DNA from: Methylophilaceae bacterium
Lineage (GTDB): Bacteria > Pseudomonadota > Gammaproteobacteria > Burkholderiales > Methylophilaceae
Direction of reading: 5' to 3'
NCBI GenBank assembly: GCA_028244835.1
Contig: JAOKBJ010000002.1
Location: forward strand, 12,942-76,941
DNA: 64,000 nt
The notes beneath the pieces were generated by a model. It saw nothing but the letters and a program-made list of their open reading frames with translations. It ran no database searches and was not told where the DNA came from. Each line of letters starts with the position of its first letter. The first letter of the stretch is position 1. A program made the position numbers and the translations under genes. This document shows positions 9,338 to 20,048 of the stretch, piece by piece.

Positions 9338-10101
9338 ACTTGAATAAATGATTTCCAATGAGTTCCATCTAAGCTTTCAAGCATTTTTTGCAATGTTAGT
9401 AACTCTTTTTCATATGAGCTTTTATTAATATGTGTTTTGATAAATAAAAACCTTAGATAAACTAAATAAGTATTAACGACATCAGTCTCACAATAATCCC
9501 TAATGGACTTGATATTTCCATTAAGGTAAGTTTTCCAAACCTGACCCCCATCCATATCTAATTTTCCAGGAAAACCGCATAATTTTGCTATGTGGTCTAA
9601 TGAGGCATTATTTCTTCCGCTATACAGAGCAAAGAAGTCCATTAAATCAACATGTCTTTGATGGAAGCGATTTAAGTAATTATTCCACTTAAAGTCTGAA
9701 TTATTTTCTCCCATATCGAAATAAATAGAAGATGAAACTTTATTTAATAATGATCGGTAATTTAAAACAGGCAAATCGAAGCCAGTTCCATTCCAAGTTA
9801 CTAAATTAGGGAGGTACTTTTCCACACCATCATAAAATCGTTCTAATAACTCTGCCTCACTGCTTCCTTCATCACCTAATGACCATATTTTTAGTTGTTC
9901 ATCAGTTTTCAACACACATGAAATAGCAACAATTTTTTGTAAATAGTGATGTAAAAAATTATGCCCTACTTTCTGTCTTCTTTGGTACATTGCAATGTTT
10001 ACAACATCTTCGTCACATAAGTCATCGCTAATTTTATAAAGACGACGTATAGCCAAAATATCTGGAATGGTCTCTAAATCAAAAACTAAAGAAGGTATCA
10101 C
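9325..10101 (-). CDS. Predicted 3'-5' exonuclease (PolB-exonuclease-like)
   Basis: FDLETIPD, WNGTGFDLPVL, YCETD DEDD-type motifs. Confidence 0.9.
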   Translation of the reverse strand: MIPSLVFDLETIPDILAIRRLYKISDDLCDEDVVNIAMYQRRQKVGHNFLHHYLQKIVAISCVLKTDEQLKIWSLGDEGSSEAELLERFYDGVEKYLPNLVTWNGTGFDLPVLNYRSLLNKVSSSIYFDMGENNSDFKWNNYLNRFHQRHVDLMDFFALYSGRNNASLDHIAKLCGFPGKLDMDGGQVWKTYLNGNIKSIRDYCETDVVNTYLVYLRFLFIKTHINKSSYEKELLTLQKMLESLDGTHWKSFIQVWQK

Positions 10102-10104
10102 AAC

Positions 10105-10989
10105 TTAAGCGGGGAAAATTCCTGTTGATAAATAACGATCTCCCCTGTCACAGGCAATAGAAACTATGACTGCTTTAGGATCTTTTTTTGCAATCTCAAG
10201 AGCAATATAAAGTGCTCCTCCAGTTGATGCACCAGAAAAAATACCTTCTTTTTTTGCAAGAATTCTTGCTGTTTCTTCAGCATCATTTTGGCTAACTAAT
10301 CTAATACTATCTATATTTTTATCTTCAAAAATACTAGGTAAATATTCTTTTGGCCACTTACGTATTCCTGGTATTTGCGCACCTTCTTCTGGCTGGACTC
10401 CAATAATTTGTATTGAAGAATTTTTTTCTTTAAGAAATTTTGATGTCCCTACAATCGTGCCTGTCGTTCCCATGCTAGAAATAAAATGTGTAACTGTTCC
10501 TTTTGTATCTCTCCAAATTTCTGGTCCAGTTCCCTCATAGTGAGCTTTTGGGTTATCCTGATTTCCAAACTGATCTAAAACCATACCTTTACCTTCACTT
10601 TGCATTTCAAGTGCTTTATCACGGGCCAATTCCATACTGCCCTCTTGAGAAGTTAATATTAATTCTGCACCGAATGCTTTCATTGTTTGGCGTCTTTCAA
10701 TGGATTGATTTTCTGGCATTATTAAAATTATTTTATACCCTTTCATAGCAGCAACCATGGCTAAAGCTATACCTGTATTTCCAGATGTTGCCTCTATTAA
10801 AGTATCACCTGGTTTAATATCACCCCTTAGTTCGGCTTGTTGAATCATTGAAAAAGCAGGTCTATCTTTTACTGATCCAGCAGGGTTATTTCCTTCTAAC
10901 TTTAAATAAATATCACCAATTCCTCGATCGGCCATTCTTTGAATTTTAGCTAAAGGGGTATTTCCAATTGTTGAATCTAATGTATTCAT
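10105..10989 (-). CDS. cysM: Cysteine synthase B
   Basis: KLEGNNPAGSVKDR, GIRKWPKEYLP, DRGDRYLSTG. Confidence 0.95.
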   Translation of the reverse strand: MNTLDSTIGNTPLAKIQRMADRGIGDIYLKLEGNNPAGSVKDRPAFSMIQQAELRGDIKPGDTLIEATSGNTGIALAMVAAMKGYKIILIMPENQSIERRQTMKAFGAELILTSQEGSMELARDKALEMQSEGKGMVLDQFGNQDNPKAHYEGTGPEIWRDTKGTVTHFISSMGTTGTIVGTSKFLKEKNSSIQIIGVQPEEGAQIPGIRKWPKEYLPSIFEDKNIDSIRLVSQNDAEETARILAKKEGIFSGASTGGALYIALEIAKKDPKAVIVSIACDRGDRYLSTGIFPA

Positions 10990-11483
10990 GTATTAATTTT
11001 TTTAAATATATACAAAGTTATGATACCAAACACAATATAGGCAATAAGTGCTAACTGTGGAAGAGTTAATCCCAAAAATAACCAGTCAATTTCTGAACAA
11101 TCACCTGTTCCTTTGAATAAAAGACTGAATGCTTCTGTCAGTGGAAAGTTTTCAAACATATAATCTAAATCAATTCCACATTCAGCAGGCACTGTAATCC
11201 ATTTACCTTGAATTAAAATATGCTTAATTGCAAAAATAATACCTACTATGTTGGCAATTAAGAGAGTTACAAGATGAATGCATCTTATTAATTGACTTGG
11301 GTTAAAGAATGAGAATAATAAAAAAAGAAAGCCAATTACAATAAAAACAATTCTTTGTGTTACACAAAGAGGGCAAGGTTCTAAATTAAAATGGGCTTGA
11401 ATTGCAACTGCAAGACCAACCAAAATAAAGGCAAGCAAAGATCCAAATAAGTTAATTTTTTTAAAGGTTAAAAAATTGTGCAT
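10986..11483 (-). CDS. dsbB: Disulfide bond formation protein B
   Basis: LEPCPLCVTQR, second Cys pair (ECG...GDC), 4 TM. Confidence 0.93.
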   Translation of the reverse strand: MHNFLTFKKINLFGSLLAFILVGLAVAIQAHFNLEPCPLCVTQRIVFIVIGFLFLLFSFFNPSQLIRCIHLVTLLIANIVGIIFAIKHILIQGKWITVPAECGIDLDYMFENFPLTEAFSLLFKGTGDCSEIDWLFLGLTLPQLALIAYIVFGIITLYIFKKINT

Positions 11484-11563
11484 TAGTTTTAATTAGTTTT
11501 AATAAACGATTTATAATAAATTAATTAATAAAAGATATTTTTTAGTGATTACAATATTCCTCT

Positions 11564-12787
11564 ATGATAAACGACTTTAATTCAGCTGAAGTAAAAATTT
11601 TCTCAATAACTGAAATTAATAAATTAGTTAAAGAGCTTCTGCAAGATAATTTTCCTTCTATTTGGGTGAAAGGAGAAATATCTAACTTTATAGAAGCTAG
11701 CTCTGGTCACTGGTATTTCTCCCTGAAAGATAATGACGCCCAAGTTCGATGTACTATGTTTAGAGGAAAAAATAATGAGGTGAAATGGGTTCCAAAAAAT
11801 GGCGACCTAATAGAGGCACAATGTAAAATTGGGCTCTACGAACAAAGGGGTGATTATCAATTAAATATATCCTCACTTCAACAGGCAGGTCTGGGTAAAT
11901 TATTTGAAGAATTCAATCAGCTTAAACAAAAACTTAATACAGAAGGTCTCTTTGACGAAGAAAAGAAAAAGTCTCTACCTACACATCCAAATGTAATTGG
12001 TGTTATTACATCCCCAGATGCGTCCGTCTTAAGAGACGTCATAACAACTTTGAAAAGAAGGAACAAGTCGTTAGAAGTAATCATTTACCCGACACCAGTT
12101 CAAGGAAAATTTGCCCCTGAAGGCATTATTAAAGCTATTAAACTTGCTAACCAAAGAAATGAAGCAGATGTTTTAATAGTCTGTAGAGGTGGTGGTTCTA
12201 TCGAAGATTTATGGTCATTTAATGATGAGTTAGTGGCTAGAGAAATATTTTCGTCTATTATTCCTATAATTTCTGCAGTTGGCCACCAAACAGATATTAC
12301 TATTTCTGATTTTGTTGCTGACCTTAGAGCCCCAACTCCAACAGCAGCAGCTGAAATTATTAGTACAAGCTATGAAGAATTACTTGGAAATTTAGAATAT
12401 TTTAAATCTAGTTTATTAATTCTTATCCAAAATAAAATTGAACAATTAACACAAAAAATTGATTTCTTAGAAAAAGGACTCATTTCCCCGATTCAAAAAA
12501 TAACTTCACAATACGATCTAATTTCAGCCCTAAAAAATAGAATGCAAATAACTATTTCATCTCAGCTTGAGAAATACCGAGAGCAAATTAGGTCATACGA
12601 ACAAAATTTAAGCCACTTAAATCCAAATGAAATTTTATCGCGAGGGTATTCGATTGTACTAAACCAAAATAAAAAAATTATTAATAACGCTTCTGCTGTA
12701 AGTGTTAGTGATAAAATAAAAATAAAATTTCATGAAGGTAATGCAGAAGCAAGTATCACGATAATTAACCAAGATAAAGAATTGTAG
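11564..12787 (+). CDS. xseA: Exodeoxyribonuclease VII large subunit
   Basis: GEISNF..SGHWYFSLKD, RGGGSIEDLW, RAPTPTAAAE. Confidence 0.96.
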   Translation: MINDFNSAEVKIFSITEINKLVKELLQDNFPSIWVKGEISNFIEASSGHWYFSLKDNDAQVRCTMFRGKNNEVKWVPKNGDLIEAQCKIGLYEQRGDYQLNISSLQQAGLGKLFEEFNQLKQKLNTEGLFDEEKKKSLPTHPNVIGVITSPDASVLRDVITTLKRRNKSLEVIIYPTPVQGKFAPEGIIKAIKLANQRNEADVLIVCRGGGSIEDLWSFNDELVAREIFSSIIPIISAVGHQTDITISDFVADLRAPTPTAAAEIISTSYEELLGNLEYFKSSLLILIQNKIEQLTQKIDFLEKGLISPIQKITSQYDLISALKNRMQITISSQLEKYREQIRSYEQNLSHLNPNEILSRGYSIVLNQNKKIINNASAVSVSDKIKIKFHEGNAEASITIINQDKEL

Positions 12788-14677
12788 ATGAAGTCTAAAA
12801 AATTGAAAAATGCAAAAAATGCATCAATGATGGCATTATCCCTTGCCGCACTGGGTGTTGTTTTTGGTGATATAGGTACAAGCCCACTCTATGCTATTAG
12901 AGAAATCTTTACTATTAATAATAATATTTTAGAACTGAATGAGGCTAATATGCTTGGAATACTTTCCTTGATTTTTTGGTCATTGATTTTAATAGTATCA
13001 GTGAAATATATTACTTTTATTATGAGAGCAAATAATAAAGGCGAAGGAGGCATTATGGCGCTTCTATCTCTTGCAAATAGAAATGCAAAATCTAAGAAAA
13101 AGAAAATGCTAATAATGTTTATTGGGATGTTGGGTGCTTGTATGTTTTATGCGGATGGCATGATAACCCCTGCTATTTCAGTATTATCTGCAATTGAAGG
13201 TATTGAGTTAATTACGCCAACATTTCATGACTTTATTGTGCCAATCACACTGGCAATTATTTTCTTATTATTTTGGATGCAAAGCAAGGGTACAACTACA
13301 GTGGGTATAATGTTTGGTCCAGTAATGCTTATTTGGTTTCTTACACTTGCTGCACTTGGTATATACAATATTATTCAGGCACCTTATGTTTTAAACGCTC
13401 TTAATCCAATCTATGCATACAACTTCTTTGATACTCAATTTTCAATAGCATTTATTACGCTTGGGGCAGTAGTACTTTGTGTAACTGGGGCTGAGTCTCT
13501 TTATGCAGACATGGGACATTTTGGTCTAAACCCAATTAAAATAACATGGTTTAGTTTTGTATTTCCTTCCTTAACTTTAAACTATTTTGGACAAGGGGCT
13601 CTTATTTTGAGTGATGGGAGCAATATTAAAAATCCTTTTTATTTAATGGCTCCCGAATGGTTTACATTACCTTTAGTCATCCTTGCAACTTTTGCAACTA
13701 TTATTGCATCCCAAGCTTGCATTACCGGTGCCTTCTCTGTCTCTCGGCAAGCCTTGCAGTTAGGATTTATTCCGCGCATGAGAATAGACCACACCTCTGA
13801 AAATCAAGAAGGACAAATATATCTCCCCCGAATTAATTGGATACTTATGATTGGTGTAATGTCTGTGGTTATTATCTTCCAAAATTCGAGCGCTTTAGCA
13901 AGCGCTTATGGAATCGCTATTACTTTAAATATGATCATCGCAACAATTTTAGCAGGATTTGTATTTTTAGAGGTTTGGAAATGGGGTTGGGTAAAAACAA
14001 CTGTTATTATTTCAATATTTTTTACAATAGATTTAATATTTTTTAGTGCAAATATTATTAAAGTACCTGCTGGTGGATGGTTCCCTCTTTTGATAGGTGG
14101 TTTACTTTTACTATTAATGACTACGTGGAAAAAAGGAAGAACCCTTCTGCATCAAAAATTACAAAACGAATCTATGGAAATTGGGTCATTTCTTAAATCT
14201 ATGAAAAATGAACTGAGAAATCGTGTAAAAGGGACAGCAGTTTTCTTAACTCCCAATCCTGACGGGGTTCCGCATTCTTTACTTCATAACTTAAAGCATA
14301 ATAAGGTTATCCATAAAAATGTTATTTTATTAAAAATAAAATTTATGGATTATCCTCACTCTAATGCGAAAAATTTAATAGAAGTTGAAAAGCTCCCTCA
14401 TAACTTCTTTAAAGTTATTATTAACTATGGATTTAAAGATGTTACGAACCTTCCTCGTGATTTAGCTAAATGTTCTAAATATGGTATTGATATTGAAGCA
14501 ATTGATACTTCATATTTTATCGGTAAAGAGAGTTTAATTATTAAGTCAGGGACAAATATGAACTTAGTTAGAAAGAATATATTTGTCACTTTATTTAGAA
14601 GTGCTGAAAATATAACAAATCAATTTCATTTACCAGTCAATCGCGTTGTTGAATTGGGAAGCCAGGTTTTATTTTAA
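12788..14677 (+). CDS. kup: Potassium uptake transporter
   Basis: GVVFGDIGTSPLY, GEGG, YADMGHFG, HNLKHNKV. Confidence 0.96.
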   Translation: MKSKKLKNAKNASMMALSLAALGVVFGDIGTSPLYAIREIFTINNNILELNEANMLGILSLIFWSLILIVSVKYITFIMRANNKGEGGIMALLSLANRNAKSKKKKMLIMFIGMLGACMFYADGMITPAISVLSAIEGIELITPTFHDFIVPITLAIIFLLFWMQSKGTTTVGIMFGPVMLIWFLTLAALGIYNIIQAPYVLNALNPIYAYNFFDTQFSIAFITLGAVVLCVTGAESLYADMGHFGLNPIKITWFSFVFPSLTLNYFGQGALILSDGSNIKNPFYLMAPEWFTLPLVILATFATIIASQACITGAFSVSRQALQLGFIPRMRIDHTSENQEGQIYLPRINWILMIGVMSVVIIFQNSSALASAYGIAITLNMIIATILAGFVFLEVWKWGWVKTTVIISIFFTIDLIFFSANIIKVPAGGWFPLLIGGLLLLLMTTWKKGRTLLHQKLQNESMEIGSFLKSMKNELRNRVKGTAVFLTPNPDGVPHSLLHNLKHNKVIHKNVILLKIKFMDYPHSNAKNLIEVEKLPHNFFKVIINYGFKDVTNLPRDLAKCSKYGIDIEAIDTSYFIGKESLIIKSGTNMNLVRKNIFVTLFRSAENITNQFHLPVNRVVELGSQVLF

Positions 14678-14688
14678 AGGATAAATTT

Positions 14689-15492
14689 TTGAAATTTCTT
14701 TTTATAATTTTATTATTCCTCAGTGGTTGCGCATCAACTACACTCAATACTGACTCTGGTGTTTCAAGACAACAACTTCTATTACTTCCAAAATTTATGG
14801 CAAATAGTATGGCTGTTGATGCCTACAAAGAAGCAATTAAAAATGCAGAGAAAAATAATAAACTCAATAATGATATAGAACAACTAAATCGAGTTAGAAC
14901 GATTTCTTATAAACTTATTGATGAAGCACCAGTCTTTCGAGAAGATGCCATAGAATGGAAATGGGAAATTAATGTAGAAGATAGTGAAGAAGTAAATGCA
15001 TATTGTATGCCTGGAGGAAAAATTATGGTTTATTCAGGATTAATTAAAAAAGTTAATGCAACTGATGATGAGCTTGCTGCAGTTATTGGCCATGAAATTT
15101 CTCATGCACTTCGAGAGCATGGTCGCGAGAGAATGTCTACAGCTTTACTACAACAAGTCGGCATTATAGGTTTTGCTGCATATATCGCTGAGAAAGGTAT
15201 TTATACCAATGCAGCAGTTCAGGCTGTAGCACTTGGAACAACGCTATTCTTTGCTCTCCCCAATAGCAGAGAACAAGAAAGAGAAGCTGATAAAATTGGT
15301 TTAGAGTTAACAGCACGAGCAGGTTATCATCCAATGGCAGCAGTTAGTTTATGGAGAAAAATGAGTGAATTGTCAGAAGTAGATATGCCTGAATTTCTTA
15401 GTACTCATCCTTCAAATGAAAATAGAATTAAGGATTTATCTGAACACGCAAAGAAAATTAATTCTTTGTACGAAGCAAATAAAAATAAATAA
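14689..15492 (+). CDS. M48 family metalloprotease lipoprotein
   Basis: Lipobox LSGC; NAYCMPGGKI, HEISH, EREAD, STHP. Confidence 0.92.
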   Translation: MKFLFIILLFLSGCASTTLNTDSGVSRQQLLLLPKFMANSMAVDAYKEAIKNAEKNNKLNNDIEQLNRVRTISYKLIDEAPVFREDAIEWKWEINVEDSEEVNAYCMPGGKIMVYSGLIKKVNATDDELAAVIGHEISHALREHGRERMSTALLQQVGIIGFAAYIAEKGIYTNAAVQAVALGTTLFFALPNSREQEREADKIGLELTARAGYHPMAAVSLWRKMSELSEVDMPEFLSTHPSNENRIKDLSEHAKKINSLYEANKNK

Positions 15493-15556
15493 CCCCTCCC
15501 TTTCATACAAGCATTTAATGTAAAATGTATTTTTTATAAAGAAAGAAAGTTAAATT

Positions 15557-16384
15557 ATGTCAAATGTTCAATCAATTATCGAGGATGCTTTTGAGAGTCG
15601 TTCTTCAATAAATCCAAAAACTGTAAGCAGCGAAATTAAAGAAGCTATTAATAAAGCGATTAATGGCTTAAACAATGGATCATTAAGAGTAGCTTCAAGA
15701 GAAGGTTCAAGTCAAAACTGGCAAACACATCAATGGCTTAAAAAAGCAGTTCTACTTTCATTTCGAATTAAAGATAACTCAAAAATGGATGGTAATTATA
15801 CAAACTACTTCGATAAAGTGGAGTCAAAATTCGCTCATTTCCAAGAAAAAGATTTTAATGATGGTGGGTATAGAGTTGTTCCTAATGCAATGGTTAGGCA
15901 AGGAAGTTTTATTGGAAAGAATGCAGTTTTAATGCCATCTTATGTCAATATTGGAGCATATGTAGATGAGGGAACTATGGTAGATACATGGGCTACAGTA
16001 GGTTCATGTGCGCAAATTGGAAAAAATGTTCACCTCTCAGGAGGTGTTGGTATTGGTGGTGTTCTGGAACCCATCCAAGCTGGGCCAACAATTATTGGGG
16101 ACAATTGTTTTATCGGTGCTAGATCTGAAGTTGTTGAAGGTGTTGTTGTTGAAGATAATGCTGTTATATCAATGGGTGTGTATATCGGGCAATCTACAAA
16201 AATATATGATAGAGAAACTGGGGAAGTGAGTTATGGAAGAATACCTGAGGGCTCTGTTGTAGTTTCAGGAAACCTCCCTTCAAAAGATGGAAGTTATAGT
16301 CTATATTGTGCAGTTATAGTTAAAAAAGTTGATGAAAAAACTCGAAGTAAAGTTGGAATTAATGAGCTGCTGAGAGGTATTTAA
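15557..16384 (+). CDS. dapD: Tetrahydrodipicolinate N-succinyltransferase
   Basis: [27 protein letters not shown] hexapeptide repeats. Confidence 0.97.
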   Translation: MSNVQSIIEDAFESRSSINPKTVSSEIKEAINKAINGLNNGSLRVASREGSSQNWQTHQWLKKAVLLSFRIKDNSKMDGNYTNYFDKVESKFAHFQEKDFNDGGYRVVPNAMVRQGSFIGKNAVLMPSYVNIGAYVDEGTMVDTWATVGSCAQIGKNVHLSGGVGIGGVLEPIQAGPTIIGDNCFIGARSEVVEGVVVEDNAVISMGVYIGQSTKIYDRETGEVSYGRIPEGSVVVSGNLPSKDGSYSLYCAVIVKKVDEKTRSKVGINELLRGI

Positions 16385-16385
16385 C

Positions 16386-16748
16386 ATGTTTGAAGTTTTT
16401 GGAATTAAAAATTGTAATACTGTTAAAAAAAGCCTTACGTGGCTTGAAGAAAAAAAAATTTCCTATGAATTTTTAGACGTTAAAAAATCAGTATTAAATG
16501 AATTTTTACTTAAAAATTGGATGGAAAATATTCCCGAGCCTTATACATGGGAAAATCTTATTAATAAATCAGGTATGACCTGGAGAAAGCTTCCTGATTC
16601 TAAAAAAAATATAGCGTTAGATAAAAAACAAGCTATTAAACTAATTTTAGAGAATGCATCCATAATGAAAAGACCAATAATACTGAAAAATAAGAAAATT
16701 TTAACCATTGGTTTTGATGAATTTCAATTTGAAAAAAAACTTCTATGA
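16386..16748 (+). CDS. yffB: ArsC/YffB (Spx/MgsR-like) family protein
   Basis: GIKNCNTVKK, KRPI; conserved position upstream of dapE. Confidence 0.85.
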   Translation: MFEVFGIKNCNTVKKSLTWLEEKKISYEFLDVKKSVLNEFLLKNWMENIPEPYTWENLINKSGMTWRKLPDSKKNIALDKKQAIKLILENASIMKRPIILKNKKILTIGFDEFQFEKKLL

Positions 16749-17872
16749 GTAAAACACTAAAACTTACTAAAGAATTAATTTCTAAAAAATCTATCACTCC
16801 TTCAGATGAAGGTTGCCAAGATTTACTTATAAGCCATTTGGAATTATTAGGCTTTACGATTGAAAAAATGCCATACGGTAAAGTTAAAAATTTTTATGCT
16901 AGAAAAGGTACTAAAGCTCCTCTTTTAGTTTTTGCTGGACATACTGATGTAGTCCCTTCAGGCCCAGAAGAAAAATGGACATCACCTCCATTTGAACCCA
17001 CAATTAAAGGAGATGTACTATATGGTCGTGGTGCAGCTGACATGAAAGCTTCCCTTGCTGCATTTATTGTAAGTATTGAAGAATTCTTAGCTAAAAATAA
17101 AAATCATAAAGGCTCTATTGGCTTATTAATAACTTCTGATGAAGAAGGTATCGCAGTAGATGGCACAGTTAAAGTTATAGAGGCGCTAAAAAATAGAAAA
17201 GAAAAAATTGATTTCTGTATTGTTGGTGAGCCAACTTGTGTTTCAAAATTTGGTGATACAGTTAAAAATGGAAGAAGAGGTTCGTTATCCGCTAAACTAA
17301 ATGTTAAAGGTATACAAGGACACATAGCCTACCCTGAGTTAATTAAAAATCCCATTCATGACGTAGCACCTGTAATTGACGATTTAGTGAAAACAATTTG
17401 GGATGAAGGGAATGAATATTTTCCAAAAACTTCCTGGCAAATTTCAAATATTAATGGAGGGACTGGTGCAACCAATGTTGTTCCTGGAGATGTTGAAATA
17501 TTATTTAACTTTAGATATTCATCGGCAAGTACAGCGGCCACACTCAAGTCTAGATTTGAAAAAATACTAAAAAAACATCAATTAGAATATGATATTAATT
17601 GGCAGCATTCAGGGGAACCCTATCTTACAGAAAAAGGCTCTTTGGTTAATATTTTTTCAGATGCTGTAAAAGAAATAAGTGGCTCTAAGCCAACTATATC
17701 AACTACTGGTGGAACTTCCGATGGTCGGTTTATATCAAAACTATGCGATCAAGTTATAGAATTTGGACCTATTAATGAGTCAATACATAAGGTTAATGAG
17801 AACGTCAATATTAATGATATAGAAACATTAAAAGATATTTATAAGTTAGCTATCTCAAAAATTTTAAAATAA
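16745..17872 (+). CDS. dapE: Succinyl-diaminopimelate desuccinylase
   Basis: FAGHTDVVP, GRGAADMK, SDEEG, GGTSDGRF. Confidence 0.96.
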   Translation: MSKTLKLTKELISKKSITPSDEGCQDLLISHLELLGFTIEKMPYGKVKNFYARKGTKAPLLVFAGHTDVVPSGPEEKWTSPPFEPTIKGDVLYGRGAADMKASLAAFIVSIEEFLAKNKNHKGSIGLLITSDEEGIAVDGTVKVIEALKNRKEKIDFCIVGEPTCVSKFGDTVKNGRRGSLSAKLNVKGIQGHIAYPELIKNPIHDVAPVIDDLVKTIWDEGNEYFPKTSWQISNINGGTGATNVVPGDVEILFNFRYSSASTAATLKSRFEKILKKHQLEYDINWQHSGEPYLTEKGSLVNIFSDAVKEISGSKPTISTTGGTSDGRFISKLCDQVIEFGPINESIHKVNENVNINDIETLKDIYKLAISKILK

Positions 17873-18633
17873 ATTTAACTTAAATTTAGACAAAACATCA
17901 AGCACTTCTTTTTCGCTTAGCTCTAGATAGTTACCTTTTTTTAAATTAGAAGGTAACGTAAAATCACCAAACCTAATCCTCATTAAGCGACTGACTGTAA
18001 TGTTAAAAAACTGAAAAAGTCTTCGAACTTCTCGATTTCGCCCTTCCTTCAAAGTGACCTGGTACCAATGATTGGAACCTTCACCACCTTTAAAAGATAT
18101 TGTTTGAAATTTTGCTAGCCCATCTTCTAATTTAATTCCAGCTTTTAGCTGAGAAATTTGATTATCAGTCAATTCTCCATGAACTCTAACAGAATATTCT
18201 CGCTCAATTTCATATCTTGGGTGCATCAACCTATTAGCAAATTCACCGTAAGAAGTAAAAATTAATAATCCAGAAGTATTAAAATCTAACCTTCCTATCG
18301 AAATCCATTTTGCATTTTTAATTTTTGGGAGGTTATCAAAAACTGTCGCTCTTCCCTTTGGATCACTCTCAGACACTATCTCACCTTCTGGTTTGTTGTA
18401 TATTAAAATTTTAGGTGAAGCTTTGTCTAAGTTTAAATTGATTAATTTTCCATCAAAGATAATTATGTCTTCATTCGAAATTAACTGACCTATTTCAGCC
18501 ATTCTGTTATTGACATAAATTCGCCTCTCAATAATCGCCTTTTCAATTTCCCTTCGAGACCCAGCACCAATTTGAGCAAGTACTTTTTGAATTCTTACCC
18601 CTGGATTATTATCTTTAGGACTGCTTTCGGTCA
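17864..18633 (-). CDS. rluB: 23S rRNA pseudouridine synthase B
   Basis: S4 domain RIQKVLAQ.G.GSRR, GRLDFNTSGLL, EGRNREVRR; start approximate (MTESSP). Confidence 0.92.
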
Positions 18634-19265
18634 TCTGGACTATCCATATCAACAGAAGCTTTAGGATGTTCTACTGATTCATCTCCCACTAAAATATCTG
18701 GTGTCAATGGATTGATATTTGTATTATTACTATTTTCAAGTTCTGCTGTTAAAACACTATTTAATTCTGGCAATTCTGAAAGTGACTTTAAAGCAAAATC
18801 ATTAAGAAAGTGTTTTGTTGTTGCGTACAAAGAAGGTCTTCCTGGTACTTCTTTCTGTCCAATTATTTCAATCCATTCTCTTTCTATTAGTTGCCTTAAT
18901 GTATTTGAGTTCAATGAAACCCCTCTAATCATTTCAATATCTGCACGTGTCACTGGCTGGCGATAAGCTATGATAGCTAAGACTTCCATCACTGCTCTTG
19001 AGTAATTAGGGGCTCGGTCTGGGCTTAATCTCATTAAAAATTCAGTAAAATCTGCTTTTGCTTGAAATCTATATCCTGATGCAACTTGAACAAGATTCAT
19101 TGATTTTTCTTCCCAATCATTTTTAATTTCATCTAACAGCATTCTAATTGTTGATCTGTCTGTTTTATCTAAAAATAATTTTTTAAGGTCATCAATTGAT
19201 AATGGCTGGTTACTAGTCAATAGAGCTACTTCAAGCACTTCCTTCAATTTATCTATTTGGGTCAT
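18615..19265 (-). CDS. scpB: SMC-Scp complex subunit B
   Basis: YSRAVMEVLAIIAYRQPVTRADIE, EVPGRP. Confidence 0.95.
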   Translation of the reverse strand: MTQIDKLKEVLEVALLTSNQPLSIDDLKKLFLDKTDRSTIRMLLDEIKNDWEEKSMNLVQVASGYRFQAKADFTEFLMRLSPDRAPNYSRAVMEVLAIIAYRQPVTRADIEMIRGVSLNSNTLRQLIEREWIEIIGQKEVPGRPSLYATTKHFLNDFALKSLSELPELNSVLTAELENSNNTNINPLTPDILVGDESVEHPKASVDMDSPDDRKQS

Positions 19266-20048
19266 CTAGACCTCCCCTAATTGGAGAAATATTGATGATG
19301 ATGAGGGCTGTTGATTAATCTTAATTAAGCCTTCTTTTGTTAATTCAAGAATTGCTAAAAAACAAACGACTAATTTTGGAATAGGGTCTTTTTCAGAATT
19401 AAATAAAGTCGAGAATTCTAACAAACTTTTTTTATTTAATTTTCTTAAAATGATTGTCATATGCTCTCTAACTGATAGCTCAGATCGATTAATTTGATGC
19501 TGCTCAAATTGTTTAGCTCTTTTAAGTACGTTTTTCCATGCTTCAAATAACTCATCAATAGATATATCTGGATACGTAACCTCAGTTACCCTTTCAAAGT
19601 ATGATTGCGCAATTAAAATATCTTTTCCAACCTGTGGCATTTCATTTAAGTTTTCAGCAGCATCTTTCATTAATTCATACTCAATAAGCTTTTTAACTAA
19701 TTCTGCTCTAGGGTCATCTTCTTCACTTTCCAGTGATGGCTTCGGAAGAAGCATTCTTGATTTAATTTCAATTAACATTGCCGACATTAAAAGGTAATCT
19801 GCTGCAAGTTCCAACTTTAGAACCTTCATTTTTTCTACGTAGTTTATATATTGCAATGTTAAATTAGCCATAGGAATATCTAATATATCAATATTATTTT
19901 TTCTAATTAAATATATTAATAAATCTAAAGGGCCTTCAAATGAATCGAGATAAACTTCCATTGCATCAGGTGGTATATACAAATCTTGAGGGAGTAATTC
20001 TATTTCTTCACCATAAACTTTACCTAAATTTTTTATACTGACAGTCAT
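19266..20048 (-). CDS. scpA: SMC-Scp complex subunit A (kleisin)
   Basis: FEGPLDLL, AADYL..A.LIEIKSRMLLP, FLAILEL. Confidence 0.95.
   Translation of the reverse strand: MTVSIKNLGKVYGEEIELLPQDLYIPPDAMEVYLDSFEGPLDLLIYLIRKNNIDILDIPMANLTLQYINYVEKMKVLKLELAADYLLMSAMLIEIKSRMLLPKPSLESEEDDPRAELVKKLIEYELMKDAAENLNEMPQVGKDILIAQSYFERVTEVTYPDISIDELFEAWKNVLKRAKQFEQHQINRSELSVREHMTIILRKLNKKSLLEFSTLFNSEKDPIPKLVVCFLAILELTKEGLIKINQQPSSSSIFLQLGEV

Noticed and set aside
9325-10101. PolB-like exonuclease as a phage or defence gene
   Set aside because: This family is routinely found beside rlmD in betaproteobacterial core genomes, and there is no mobile-element context.
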